DNA of 62,978 nucleotides, the filler included, from Hyphochytrium catenoides (lineage: Eukaryota > Protista > Hyphochytriomycota): assembly GCA_900088475.1 (NCBI GenBank). It is 9 parts of 9 records of this genome, joined end to end, with 100 filler letters (N's around TTAATTAATTAA, not from the genome) between each part and the next. Parts side by side here need not be neighbours in the genome. Positions count along the whole stretch, not along the records: positions 1 to 10,802 come from FLMG01003627.1; positions 10,903 to 20,548 come from FLMG01001024.1; 7 more parts are not named here. One strand, 5' to 3'. This document shows positions 1 through 12,313 of this stretch, in pieces. The stretch's first letter is position 1. Every line of letters begins with the position of its first letter. The position numbers and the translations under genes are program-made. The notes under the pieces were generated by a model that saw only the letters and a list, made by a program, of their open reading frames with translations, searched no databases and was not told the origin of the DNA.

Positions 1-736
1 AGACATCTCAGAGCTTGGCTTCACCCACACTTTGTACTGATAGGGGTCATGGGCACAGGTGGACACTTAGCGATGATGCTGTTTGTAGGCACGGTGGAGT
101 GAAAGGAGAAGGAACGACGAGATAGAAAGTAATGAAGCTGGAAGCAGATATTGATAGAGCTATCAAACAGATTAAAGAGCCCCAGAAGTCGGCGAGTGGA
201 GTGGGCCAGTGAAGCCGGCGAGCCGCCCATATGATGCCGGGTCAGCAGCAAGAGTAAGTAAAATAAGTATAAAGGCATAGGGTTAAAGAGGAGTCATATG
301 TTTCAGTGCATGCAAGAGAGGATGGTAAGAGGAAGAGACCAGGTGCAGTTACGAGATAGACATAAGAATACGGAGGAAGAACAGAGAGAGACAGACAAGC
401 AGAGAGTGAGTGAGACAGAAAAGAGACAGAGATAGAGAGAAGAAGACATAGAAGACAAAGAGAGATGGAGAGAAGGGCGTGAGGGGACTGTCCAACCTTG
501 GCGTACTGTGAGAGATACTCTAGACAGGTGATGCTAAGCTGGAATTTCTTGCTCTTGGTGAGCTTACCAAAGCAGGTCCCGAGATGAATTAGCTCGTCTC
601 GGCCAATGTTTGTTCCCTGTCGCATTAAACTCTCGCTGGAGGAGGGATCATTGAGAGAAAATTGTCAGGGCATGCCATAGGAGAGCGGGCCATCAGACAC
701 TTTTGGAGTTACGAAGATGCAAAACGAGAGACATGG

Positions 737-769
<33 letters not shown>

Positions 770-1746
770 AAGAGAGACAGAGAGAGAAAAGCGAACGGGA
801 CTGAGAAAAGAAAGTGTGAAAAAAAATGATAGAGAGAGACAGAGCGAAAAGGGCGAACGAAATGAGAGAGTGAAAGAAGGAGAGAGAGAGACACAGAGAG
901 ACAGAGAAGAAGGTTGAACGAGGTTCGACACTGCAATGCCAAGGCAGAAGAGAACGTTATAAGGCTCGTCCCTGGAAAGGCACCCCGCCTCACCTGACGT
1001 AATAGACTCGATCATTGTGGAGTCTGAAGGTGTACTTTTCATCTGGTCTATCAATCAAGAGCTTGATGTTTTTTCCGATGCTGCAGACAAAACCGACAAG
1101 CTAGGCGGTTAGCCCTCTATATGGTGCTTCGCTCCTCACTTCGCTTCTCAACTTACTACTTGGCTAGCTTCTCAAACACCGCTCTCGTCTCTTCTTCTGT
1201 AAGTGGCCGCATCGTCACTCTGCTCTTGCTTGTCTTTCCGGTTCGATGTCTCTGTCTCTTCGTGTCCCTCCTGCAGTCCCAGCTGTCCGGACCTGTCTCG
1301 CTATAGGTATAGCAGTGAGCTCTAGGACCTGTGCTATCTGCTGGAAGCGTGGCGTTTAGCAGATGACAGCATCATGGGCTGATCGAGCACCTCGTCGGAG
1401 GCAGATGGAAGATGCGAAGCCAGACGGCAAAGGAAAAGACACAAACTGCTGGAGCGCACCCATCAACATTCATTCGGAATAGAAGTATATATATCCTGAA
1501 TAAAATGAGACTAAAGCAGTTTTATACTTGATTATTGCGCTTTAGGTCAGAAGCTGCGGCTTCTGAAGCCTCTATTTGCCTGTGTCGAACCACAGTCCAC
1601 CGTCAACTGCAGAGTCTCTCGATGGCTCGTCCACAGCGATGTCAGAGCCAGGACTTCGATCAGAGGTTACCTTCCATAAGGATATTAACAGGGAGGATCT
1701 ATACAGCTGCAGTTATAGCACTGCTCTGGCTGGGGGAAAGGTTGCG

Positions 1747-3152
1747 TTATTGAGACCGTACGGGCCTCATGCTAGGCTCCTCCTGTGGCCCTGCTGTGCC
1801 TAGCCCAAAAAGCTTTAGAATGACATACGCAAACATGGCTAGCATCCACAAAGGGGCCGTGAGCAGGCAGATAATGATCCCTATAGGAGCGCCAATTGCC
1901 ACCACCGCGCCCAGTGTGCAGATCATGATAAGGTTGAGAATCCACGGCTGCACCTCTTCAAAGAGAGGGTGACGGGTGATGATCCCAGGTAAGAAAGCCT
2001 CCATCAACACGTTTGATATGTCTCTGTTGTAAAACAGGGAGGAAAGACATCAACAACCAAAGGTATTGGTTAGTAGAAAGAAGGATGGGCGACTCTGTGA
2101 TCAAAAGCAAACATTGAGGCAATGCGCAAAGAATGGCAATACAGGCACTGCTGAAGAGATGATACGGTCAACGAGCACAAATAGAAAAGCCGATTGGCAG
2201 AGGCAGGATGCTTAAGATAGAGAACTGCGAGCGAGCAAAACAAGGAGATTGGTCCGGGACATTAAAGGTACAGATGTGTGGGGAGACATGGTAGGGCTTA
2301 CCTCACGTTCGACAGCAGAAATCCAAGCATCATCATCATGGTACCAATAAAGTTATCTGGCGCAACGTGCGAGCTGAAACGGTCGCTCCTCCTCTTCTTT
2401 CGCCGGCGGAGAAGATCAAACCCGTCGCCATGAGCTTGGCTTTGCCGCGCAGATTTCATGAATTTTACGAGACTGGCGGGTGTGTACGGTGTGTTGAGCG
2501 GGGTGATACCGCACAGGAAGGAGTCCTATCAGGGGGAGAAAGAGAGGCAACAGTAAAATCTCATGTGAGCAAGCGGCTGGGGTGATCCAGGGACTTGCCA
2601 GAGTCCAAAAACGAGGAGGAACGGAGTGGTTAAACAACTGTTGAGAAGAAACAGGCCACTATGACAAAGGTGAAATTAACTTGTCGTAGAAACGGAAGCA
2701 GGTTGAGGACGCCTGGGGAAAGGAGAAGCCCACTTAGCAAGAAAGATGGGCGAGGTTTGTCTACATGCGCAATAACTGATCGTGGATGGGGACATAGAGG
2801 GTTGGGGGCATTGCCCCCTTTCCAAAAGAGGTTGAAGAGGAGGCACTCACCGATCTTGACTTGCCCGAGTTCTTGATGGACCTTNNNNNNNNNNNNNNNN
2901 NNNNNNNNNNNNNNNNNNNNNNNNNNNNNNNNNNTGGGGGTTGGCTATGGGGTTTGCCTCTGATGAGCTGAGGGAGCCATGACTTTCATCCACTTCAGTG
3001 CTTTGTTGCCAGTCAGGGCCAGATTCCGACCCGTCATCTGTAGAGGTAGGATGCAGTGGTTCAGAGTAATCCCTCAAAGTGGACGCTGTGCCAAGTCTGT
3101 CTGACGAGCTTCGCGAGCGACGATCTCCACGTCTGGGATGTCTGCGCGGCAT
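1747..3152 (-). CDS. Hypothetical spliced membrane protein, interrupted by an N gap, possibly degenerate
   Basis: Low-complexity N-terminal ORF 2847-3152 and a last exon 1747-2010 with two hydrophobic segments (WILNLIMICTLGAVVAIGAPIGIIICLLTAPLWMLAMFAYVILKLFGL); exon chain not fully resolved. Confidence 0.35.
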
Positions 3153-5531
3153 CCTTTCCGTGGTAGAGTGTACTCAGTGGCTCATATACAGGTTTATGGC
3201 AGCCAGCACAACCAGATCGCCTTTCGAAGATTATTGCATTTGAAGAACACCCATCTTAGCCCCAGACAGAAACGGTGCTCAGTGCTCTCTCTTGGTCTAT
3301 GACCACTTGGTAGCGGATGTTGGAGTCAGAAGCTGGGCTGAACCCTAAACACTTGGTAGACGCAGGCCAGGGAGAGCTGGGCGGCAGTGAAGCGGCAGGA
3401 GGAGAGAGATGTTTCTGAAGCTTCTGTTGCTTGACAGCACGGATTGGAAGTGGAAGTTGGCGTGCAGGTAAGAAGAAGATGCAGCCCCGCACCTGTGGAC
3501 TTTTATTGTAGCTGCGGCGTAGGATCTCTTCTGCCCCTTCTTTCCCGTTTAGAGTCTTTATGCATGTAGACAGCTCTATCTAGCAGGGACTGTTGCCGTC
3601 CCTTTCCCTACGCCTCTCTCATCTCTATCCACTCAAAGCGGATATCTATATGTACATGCGTACATACCTCTCTCGGCTCAGATATAAGCTGGTCTCATCG
3701 CTCTGTCTCTCTGTCCATGTCACTCTGTATGGCGCTTTGGGTGGACTCTGTCACGTTGCTCTATCAATCCTTGAACCTTGCCCATTTTTCCCTCAACCTG
3801 ACCGAATGTTCCCAGCGGGTGTATTCCCAATAGACAATGGCTTCATTGCGAATACCTTATGTTATAAATGACATGTCATGTTTTTGGGGGATAATAACTC
3901 TGCCGAGCTTGTGGGATCTTCTTTTATCTGCATCTTCAGGTCTTCAAGTGGTGCTCCAGACTGCAGACAGGCTGCAGATGACGTTGAGCTTTCTTCCTCA
4001 TCATCAGCCCACAAATGGCTACAAATGGCAGAGAGGGAGAACCATAAGGTTGTGCCCTAGTAGAGTCATCGGGATGTACCTACCAATACCAAGAAAGCTG
4101 GAAATGCCTTACAGGATAGATTAATTCTTAAGAAAACTCCATTGACTGCTTGGTCTCGATGATGTTGAATAAGAATTGCAGTCCTTGGGGAGAGGATAGT
4201 CTGTTCTTCGTAGAGGATTGCTCGAGCTAGGAAATAATGGGGAAGCAAGAAGAAAATATTGTCTTCGGAGAGATCAAGGGTGATAGTATCTTGATGGCAA
4301 GACCAAAGACGCTTCTTAAATTAAAGAGGCCGACTCACACATGTCTAGCTACTGTTTCGGCGGAGTTTTGCTCCGGAGTTCACACTCATCATTGCTGCAG
4401 TGCTGGAGGAGAAACAGTTGTCAAGTTTGCCGCCCACCTGGCAATAGTAGACTTCCTTCTATTATTAGTACTCCCCAGTCCTCCATCCTGACGACGTCTG
4501 CCTACTTTGCGCCCTTTGTTTCAAGTTCTTTTAGCGGTTTTCTCTCTCATTTTGTGTATGTAGGCGGGTGGTCAGAGACACAATGATGAGAGGAGCGGAG
4601 CGAGGAAATAATAGATAGTAAGAGGACTCGTTGTTGGCCCCTGTTGCGGATCTATGGCAATCATTACCAGTTGCTGCTTTTATACCAGCGCTTCCACTTT
4701 AGGTTGCAGCAGACGTCTTTCATAGACTCTACAGCCGGAAGATGGCACGCTTCAAGGTACCTGATGAACGCACAATAAGGATCTCGCGACGCCAAAAAGT
4801 ACTGCCAACAACGGCCAGCTGACAGGCTCTGAAGGAAGCATTAGAGCGCTTCGTAAAGAACAACACAGCACTTGCTCTTAAGCGTACGGACCCAGAATTT
4901 TTCAGCAAGCAGTAGCCTACTAGGACGAAGGTGCACCTCTTCTAATCAGGGAAGATGGCCTCTGCCACTATAAAGAATAATCACTAATAAGATGTATCAT
5001 CTATTTCAAGGTGTCAGACGGTCGATAGAGGACCACCCCAAGAGCCCGTCATCACTGGCGTTGGGACCGGTGGAGCGTACAACTTCAAGCTGCTCTGGAA
5101 GTGAGTGGCTCCTTCTCGGCAACTCCATAGGAAGAGATTGCAAAGCGCATTGCAGCGCCAATGGGGATGACTCCGATGGCATCGTCGCAAGCGATATAAT
5201 AGCACCGACCACCACAAGCCTCTATTGCTAGGTTTACGCAACCAGAGAACCCGCTATCGAGGAGCGGTCAACAAAAAAGAGACATATAGGCAGGCAAAAG
5301 AACCTGATATTATACCGGGGCGAATAGAGGGATCGGATTCATCACGAGTTGTCTATTAATAAGTGACATGATTTCCTTTTATAGTGGTCGGCTAAAAGGA
5401 GCCTATAGCAGTGACAAAGTTCTGGCACTTGGCCAGCATTGCTCTGGGTCCAGGTGGAGGTAGAGAGGAGGAGGATGAATGCAGTTCTATGCAGTGTTAT
5501 AGGATTTAGCAGTCTTCTGAGGACTGAATAA

Positions 5532-6383
5532 CTAGACAGCGGCCGGTGACAGCGGGAGCAGCCGTCTCAACCCCGTCGTCCGATTTAGAGAATATCGTTG
5601 CAGAAGACCCATTTCCAATTGCTGCACCACTGTCTTGCTCAGAGATATCAGATCTTCTTGCTGCTGATGTGTGAAGATCGGCCATGACTTTGAATCAGCT
5701 ATAAAGAGTGAACCTATTCGGAAACCCTCCCTTGTAACTAGTGGGGTTGCGGCGTAGAAGCGGACATGCGGTGGCCCTTGAACACCGGGATAGGACGAGA
5801 GTAGAGGATGTTTGGACGCATCCAGAACAACAAAGGGGTCATCGGACCTCAGGACGAACTGGCAGATGGTATTTTCGCGTGGCGCTTCGCAGAAGTCTAT
5901 ACCCTTCTTTGCCTTGACCCATAGTCTCTGATCGTCAATGAAACAGATCCCGCACATTGGTGCCTTGAAAAGTTGAACCGCCAAATGGACGATGCGTTCG
6001 TAAGGCTCTTCAGGGGCCGTGTCCATTATATGGAGAGACTTTAGCTTTGCGACTCTTGCCACCTCAATTCGAGAGATCAGCTGATTTCGACTGCTACAGT
6101 TTCCCGGACAGTCGCAGGTGAGATCGCAGCGGGAAGGGGGTTTCACCGTTCGCGTTGCCTTTTCATCGCCAATAGTGCTGCCTGTCTTGGACATGCCGCC
6201 CATAGGTAGGTTGAATGATAGCGAGCGTTTTGTTGGAAAGGGCTGGACATCAGAGGATGGTAGGAAGCATTCTGCTGTGAGGCGCATAGCATCGTGACAA
6301 GAAGGTCCTACTACTTTTGGCCGTGATAGGGGAATGTTGTTCGACAACAACAGTGGAAGGAGGGAGGAGGTCTCGTTCGGCAT
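5532..6383 (-). CDS. Stand-alone GAF-domain sensor protein, intronless, 283 aa
   Basis: Classic GAF signature: IMDTAPEEPYERIVHLAVQLFKAPMCGICFIDDQRLWVK...PRENTICQFVL...VVLDASKHP...GPPHVRFYAATPLVTREGFRIGSLFIAD; no output domain before the stop. Confidence 0.9.
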   Translation of the reverse strand: MPNETSSLLPLLLSNNIPLSRPKVVGPSCHDAMRLTAECFLPSSDVQPFPTKRSLSFNLPMGGMSKTGSTIGDEKATRTVKPPSRCDLTCDCPGNCSSRNQLISRIEVARVAKLKSLHIMDTAPEEPYERIVHLAVQLFKAPMCGICFIDDQRLWVKAKKGIDFCEAPRENTICQFVLRSDDPFVVLDASKHPLLSSYPGVQGPPHVRFYAATPLVTREGFRIGSLFIADSKSWPIFTHQQQEDLISLSKTVVQQLEMGLLQRYSLNRTTGLRRLLPLSPAAV

Positions 6384-9264
6384 TCTTTCAAATACGAAGG
6401 CTGTTGGTGATCAGCGTCTTGTTGTTAGTGGTGGTGGCTCCGTTCGTTGTTGCTGCTAGTCCGCCCGCCGGCGTGTCTCTTCTTGCTTGATGAGGAGGAT
6501 TTTTATGAATGATGGGCGGAAGAAAGAAGTCGGCTCTCCGCAGAGGATGGGCGAATAGATCAAGTAGTAGAGAGACACCGACGAATAGAGAGACATCGAC
6601 GAATGAGGAGAAGAAGGACCAGGATGGACGACAAGCTGACGCTGCTCGGCCCATCAACCTGCCCTGCCCTGCCCTGCGCTACTACCACCTAGAATAAATA
6701 TGAGACAGCAGCCGCTCCACCAGGGCCTTGTCGTCGGATGATGGCGATGAACGATAATAATAAAAAAAAAAAGCCGGAACGGGAGTAACGTAGTAACAAG
6801 ACATAGATTTCGGTGTTGGTGTCGACATGCTCTGCTGCTATTCTTGGGTGACCAGGAAGATGGGGATTATTAGCTGGATTATTTACTACGGAACAGGGCT
6901 GTTCCTCATTGTGGACAACGAGCAGGCATCAGTCGAATGTAACGACCACCTTCGCCCCAATTCCTATACCTCTTTTATTTTCTTCGATCGGATTTTACTT
7001 CTATATTCCTTATAGGGGGGCCTGGAGCTGTAATAATTAAGGGTTTATGTTTTTCCTTTGTTGTAACTCTTGAGTGCGGTAGTTTCGATATAAAAAACAA
7101 TGTGGCACGACCCTTCACGTCTCTGACTGTTGGTCTTCGTAGTAACAATAGAAACAACTCAACGCGCCATCGTCGTCGTCAAGTGGCGGAGCTCGTCTAC
7201 CAGTAGCAGCAAGTGCTTCTATCTACTACTCTAGCATCCTCCTCTTCTGTAGGGAGGTAAAGTGAGAAGTAAGCTCCTCCGTTGCTGCTCACCTTTGAGA
7301 GCTCCTCGCTCTATCTACTACATCATCACCATCATCGTTCAAATAAACAAGGTAGATACAGGTAGTAGGCAGGTGATGAGGATGAGAAGCAGCAGCATGA
7401 TAATAATAATAGGAGGACTCTATAATAATACGGATGACGTGCTAACTAACATGCATCATCGTCATCTTCTCCAAGCTCCGTCTTTTTACATTCTCTCTTT
7501 CTACAAGGAGCAGCTTCTTATTATTAGGCCCTCCTGCTGTCTTGTCTGATGATGAATGATGTTATAACGAAGAGCGAGAAGGAAGAGGTCGTTTCGCAGC
7601 AAAGACGGCGAGGAGGTGCTGGGCGCATCATTAACTCAGGACAACAACTACTGCTGCATCCAAAGAGTCGGCTTATATACTTTGTTAATATCATCTCACC
7701 TTCTTCTTCGTCGGTATTAACAACACCTTGTGACTAATGGAGGAGGGTCATCAACAATGGCCAAGCTCCTCTTCTTCTTCTTTCCTCCGGAGACTGGTCA
7801 CAAGCGGTACAATTGTCCCTAAATAACGAAGGAGAATGCAACTCAGAGCATTGCTGCTGCATGACCACTGCTCCATCTTGCTGCAGAACCTGGGTATGAT
7901 GTATTATGCTACCATCATCTTACGACGACGACCACTACTACCAGCAGATTGAGTTATTATCAATGAGCAGTGCATAGAAGAGTACTAACCTACAGATGCT
8001 GCTGCTAACCGTCTAACAATATTGCCCACCAATGGCCCTGCCATCATTCATTCCTCATTCTTATATATATGAAACCTTCGGCCCGACCGAGAAGCTTGAA
8101 CAAACGTGCTTACCGAGAGGTAGGACAAGGGAGCCTATCGCAACGCAACCAGGTCGCAAAGTAGCTGAAGTATAAAGTAGTTGATGCAAAGTTGTGCGCA
8201 GAGTCAGAGTCAACGCTAACAACCCTGCAACCTTATTTATCATGCATCATCTTATTACTATTCTATTGGCCTATAAGGCGGCGTTGTCGTTCACAATAAT
8301 AAAGAGGAACAACTCAAGCATCATCATCTGCTAATGCTCCCAACAAGCAAATGGATCAGCTTCGAAGAAGCAGTATCGTATCTGCACCTAGGCAGTCCAA
8401 GATGACACCGGGTCTTTGGGCCCATCTTGACATTCACCTTTCTGCTTACTTTCTCTATAACACTTACCATGCTCTTTGATTTTCCTTCAACAGACTACGC
8501 CCACCCTGAGCCCTTCGCTGCCCAGACCTCATGCTTGTAAACCATGGAAGATGTACTTTCGAACCACAAGAACAACTAAAGCCTGATTCATCATGTCGCG
8601 GTCGCTGACTATAGACTGTTGTGTCGTGGAACTTGGCGAGCTGCAGCTGCGAACTTCTGACAAGGAGCTCTCCTTCTACCACGAGGTCCCACCACCACTA
8701 TTAAGCTTCAGCAGATTGCACCTCCCACCACCTTCCACGTACTCCTTTCATCGTAGTCATAGCAACCTAACACATCAGACGCATCACTTCTAAATCGACC
8801 TGTTCTGTGCGGCCGAACACTATGCCCAAAATGATGGGTAGGCAGAATCTCTGGAGTAGCTGAAGACTGCTTCTTAGGTAGTACTGAGAAGAAGTAAACG
8901 GAAGAAGAGAATACTTCTTATTAGCAATCAGCAGATAGCATTATCCCAGCATCATCAACATATCAAACTTTTTGCGTGATGTATTGAGCGGCATGCGCAA
9001 GAGACGCATCGGTAGACAACTTCGATCCTGCTGCCCAGTATACCTCAGGGCGAACAAGGTTCTTACAGAAGTTTAGTTTTGCTGATCTTCATCAATCAGA
9101 ACAAACAACGTACATGGCATCGACATCGCTCAGGCGACTAATAAAGAATGCTTGATAGACAGGACTAGGGTTATCTTCATCAATTATTAGTTCGATTATG
9201 TGATACGAGTGAACAGAGTCCTCCCCTTCCTTCTGATAAAGACTGCAGGTCTTCTTACGCTGGC

Positions 9265-10177
9265 TTACCTGCCACTCACGCCCTTCGCTGGCCGCCGCAT
9301 GTACCTAAATAAAAGTGTACGGCCCCCAACGACCGTCTCCTCCATCCTTTCCCTCTGGGGGTCTTGCAGCGTACTCATCGAGATCCACCACTAAGGATCC
9401 CAGCTCCTGGAAACCGTGCATCGCGAAGGTTCTGTGGCCCGCTTCTGAAGCGTGAACCCAGCAGAAAACGTCGGCAGCATCAGCTTTCTCGGTTCCCCAT
9501 CGTATGAGGGCCGAGCCCACGCCGCGAGATTGATGGGGTGGAGAGACAGCAATCGCAATCATTATCATGCACTTTGTGTCTTCATCTGGCATCAGAATCT
9601 TCTGCCAACGCTGCATGTCGTGGTTCGTTATTGACTCAAGCAGCTGGATCTTGTCGCGATGCTTAACGTTGTGGGCTTGGTCCTTCTCTTTTTTGTCCCC
9701 ATTCTTCTCTGTTTTTGATGAAGCTTCGTGACGTTGTCTACTTGAGTCCGCTTCCTCTATCTCCATTCCGAAGAAGGACTGCTGGCTCTGTTGGTGTCCA
9801 TCTTCACCAGCGATTAGGTGCTCCTCCTCTCTTCCTGCTTTGTGCTCAAGGTTAGGATGCCCTCGATGTGCTGAAGATAGCGCAGTCGGTGGCTTCTCCG
9901 TGTGACCGCGAATAGGCCAGCACGCCCAGCCCAGGATGGTGGAAGTGTAGTTGTCAACGGCCTTCAGCACTGTGTAACGTCCGGAGTCGTTTTGAAGCCA
10001 GGAAGAAAGAGGCTCCGCCATTATGTCTGAAGAGGCAGAAGAATAGTCCTTGCCCAGTAATTTCACCTGCGTGTGACGATCTGTTGCGAACGCCTCAGAA
10101 AATATAGCGAATAGTGAGGTGAGGTCAGTGAGCGTAAGTCGCTGAAGCGTGTAAGGGATGGGAGGAGTTGAAGTCAT
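9265..10177 (-). CDS. GNAT-family N-acetyltransferase of fungal type, intronless, with a 4-bp duplication near the 3' end
   Basis: Acetyl-CoA motif IAVSPPHQSRGVGSALIRWG followed by WVHASEAGHRTFAMHGF. The ORF as assembled stops at 9305; removing one TTTA copy extends it to TAA at 9265. Confidence 0.85.
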
Positions 10178-10802
10178 GGCTAGTGGTGGGCGACGACGAC
10201 GATATTATAATATAGATCCACCGCGACGACGGACCGTCCCGCGCACAGAGAAGTTCTTCTTCTACTTAGTTAGGCAGCCTTCAGGACCAACAAGTAGCAG
10301 GGCTATGGATCGTTGCTATCCCGACGAGGAGGTAGGTAGGAGGGAGGAGGTGCCTTATTTGTCCTCCACCAGCGCATGCACTTAGTCCTCCTCCTCCTCA
10401 GCCCTGCTTCCTACCACCTCCTGCTGCTTTTCTTGTTGATACTAAAACGGCTAAGACTGGTGCAAGTTTCATTGAGTTTGGACAAAAGCCGCAAAATTGA
10501 GGAGGTAGCGTTGCCAGCAATAATCATCAAAAATCTATAGGTTGTTACAGAGATCGCGTGTTAAAATAATGTATCTCTTTGACTTTTTGGCTGGTCACGG
10601 TCGTCAGGAGACATTGGATGCCCCTCTGATGTCATACACTCGCTACCGGCGCCACAGAACAAGATCCTTGTCCGCCGCTCGTTATTAACAAGCACATAAC
10701 GGAGATGTGCTACGGAGGCAGCTCAATATCAAGAAGAACGAACTTCTTTATTCAGAGATGATGATGTCCCTTATTGCAAATAAGTTCATCATCGCTCAAC
10801 TC

Positions 10803-10902
10803 NNNNNNNNNNNNNNNNNNNNNNNNNNNNNNNNNNNNNNNNNNNNTTAATTAATTAANNNNNNNNNNNNNNNNNNNNNNNNNNNNNNNNNNNNNNNNNN
10901 NN
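10803..10902. other. Artificial contig-joining spacer N44-TTAATTAATTAA-N44 (also at 20549-20648, 33631-33730, 41840-41939, 48188-48287, 50856-50955, 58055-58154, 61203-61302)
   Basis: Identical 100-bp structure occurs eight times; the 12-mer gives stops in all six frames; genes are cut at these points. Confidence 0.97.
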
Positions 10903-11541
10903 ATAGAAAGGCACCTGGACGACATCCCTTTCCACTGTGTCAGAGGAAAGAAGCTTCACGCCGAGGCGCTCCAGCCCTTCCAGCGCAGAGCCTGAGAACT
11001 CCTCTTGCAGGTAATTGCCTCCGTCCGAACTCTGGCGAGGGAGTGAGAGAGAGAGACAAAGAAAAAGAGAAAGTGAGAAGCGCAGGACAGAGTGAGCGGA
11101 TTAGCTGCAGGAGGAGAGGAAGAGAGAGCGGAATGTGTTAGAGGCTTTGGGTCGCAAGAGAGCCAGTTTGACGAAGGAGAAGCGATGGTGTCAGCACCTC
11201 TTGCTGCTGGGAGAGCTCCAGATGCGTTGGCAGAGGCACTGGCTTTGGGACGGGAAAGAGCACGTCGTTTGAGATATCTCCCGTCCCTTCCAAGGCCTCC
11301 TTCGCCATCATTCCCACGCGCAGATCAGCCGTGAGAGTGGGCGATTGCTCTTAGGTATCTCTTCTATCCAGCTCGTTCCCTCGCCTCGCCGCAGCCGAGG
11401 CCTCTGGGGTGGAAGCCTCTTTAAGTGCTCAGGGCAGGGAAGAGAGAGTACTGTGGATCTCCTATCCTGTCTGGTCTCCTCCTCAGCCTGCGGCTCATTG
11501 TAGGTCGCCTCTTACCTTCCTCAAACCCTGGTCTGTCTGTG

Positions 11542-11592
<51 letters not shown>

Positions 11593-12270
11593 TGCTGGCT
11601 TGCTCGCTGTCTCAGGAAGGAGGCTTCATGAACAGCAGCAATGCGACCATGAGGAAGAAGGAAAGATGTGACAGAAAAAGAGAAAGAGAGAACCGATTGC
11701 GAATCTCCCGAACATAAAGTTAGGCTTCCTCACCCAAGAAACCCCAAAGAGTGATGGTCCACTTCTTCCTCCCTCTGTTCTCCTTTCACGGCATCACCGC
11801 CTACGTATGTACGTACTTACAAGGTCTACAGAGCTCCCCCTGGAGAGGTTGATTCCCCTGGAGGAGCTCTGAAGCACTACCGCCAAACTGTTACGTTTCA
11901 AACTCGTTGGGAAGAGTGAGAGAGAGAGAGAGAGAGAGAGAAAGAGACAGAGAGAGAGAGAGAGACAAAGAAAGAGTAGGGAGAGAGAGAGAGGGACAGA
12001 GAGAGAGACAGAGAGAGAGAGAGAGAAGAAGAAGAAGAAATATACAGCTGCCACTCTTGGAAGGAAAGCACCAAGCTTGCGCCCCTGATGAGCACAGCGA
12101 GAAAGGGCGACGAGAGCAAGGTAAAAAGAGGAAAGAGGGAGCCACACACAGAGAAAGAGAGAGAGACAGCAAGAGCGACAGAGGAGGTCCCGCAGAAGTG
12201 AAGGGGCTGGGAGGGAAGCAGATGGCGCTACTCGGAGAATAGTGCTACTGGGAGAGAAGAAGGGAGGTAC

Positions 12271-12306
<36 letters not shown>

Positions 12307-12313
12307 ACAGAGT

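Noticed and set aside
1-1400. Possible minus-strand exons here, and at 10903-12100, 34600-35200 and 61303-62978
   Set aside because: Splice-like boundaries exist, but no consistent reading frame or recognisable domain could be assembled
4830-4915. LERFVKNNTALALKRTDPEFFSKQ resembles a beta-carbonic anhydrase N-terminus
   Set aside because: Only about 25 aa, flanked by stops, with no CxDSR motif following
10847-10858. Recurrent TTAATTAATTAA as a biological motif or transposon TTAA target
   Set aside because: Always centred in exactly 44+44 Ns, so it is an assembly linker. Gene neighbourhoods across these spacers carry no meaning
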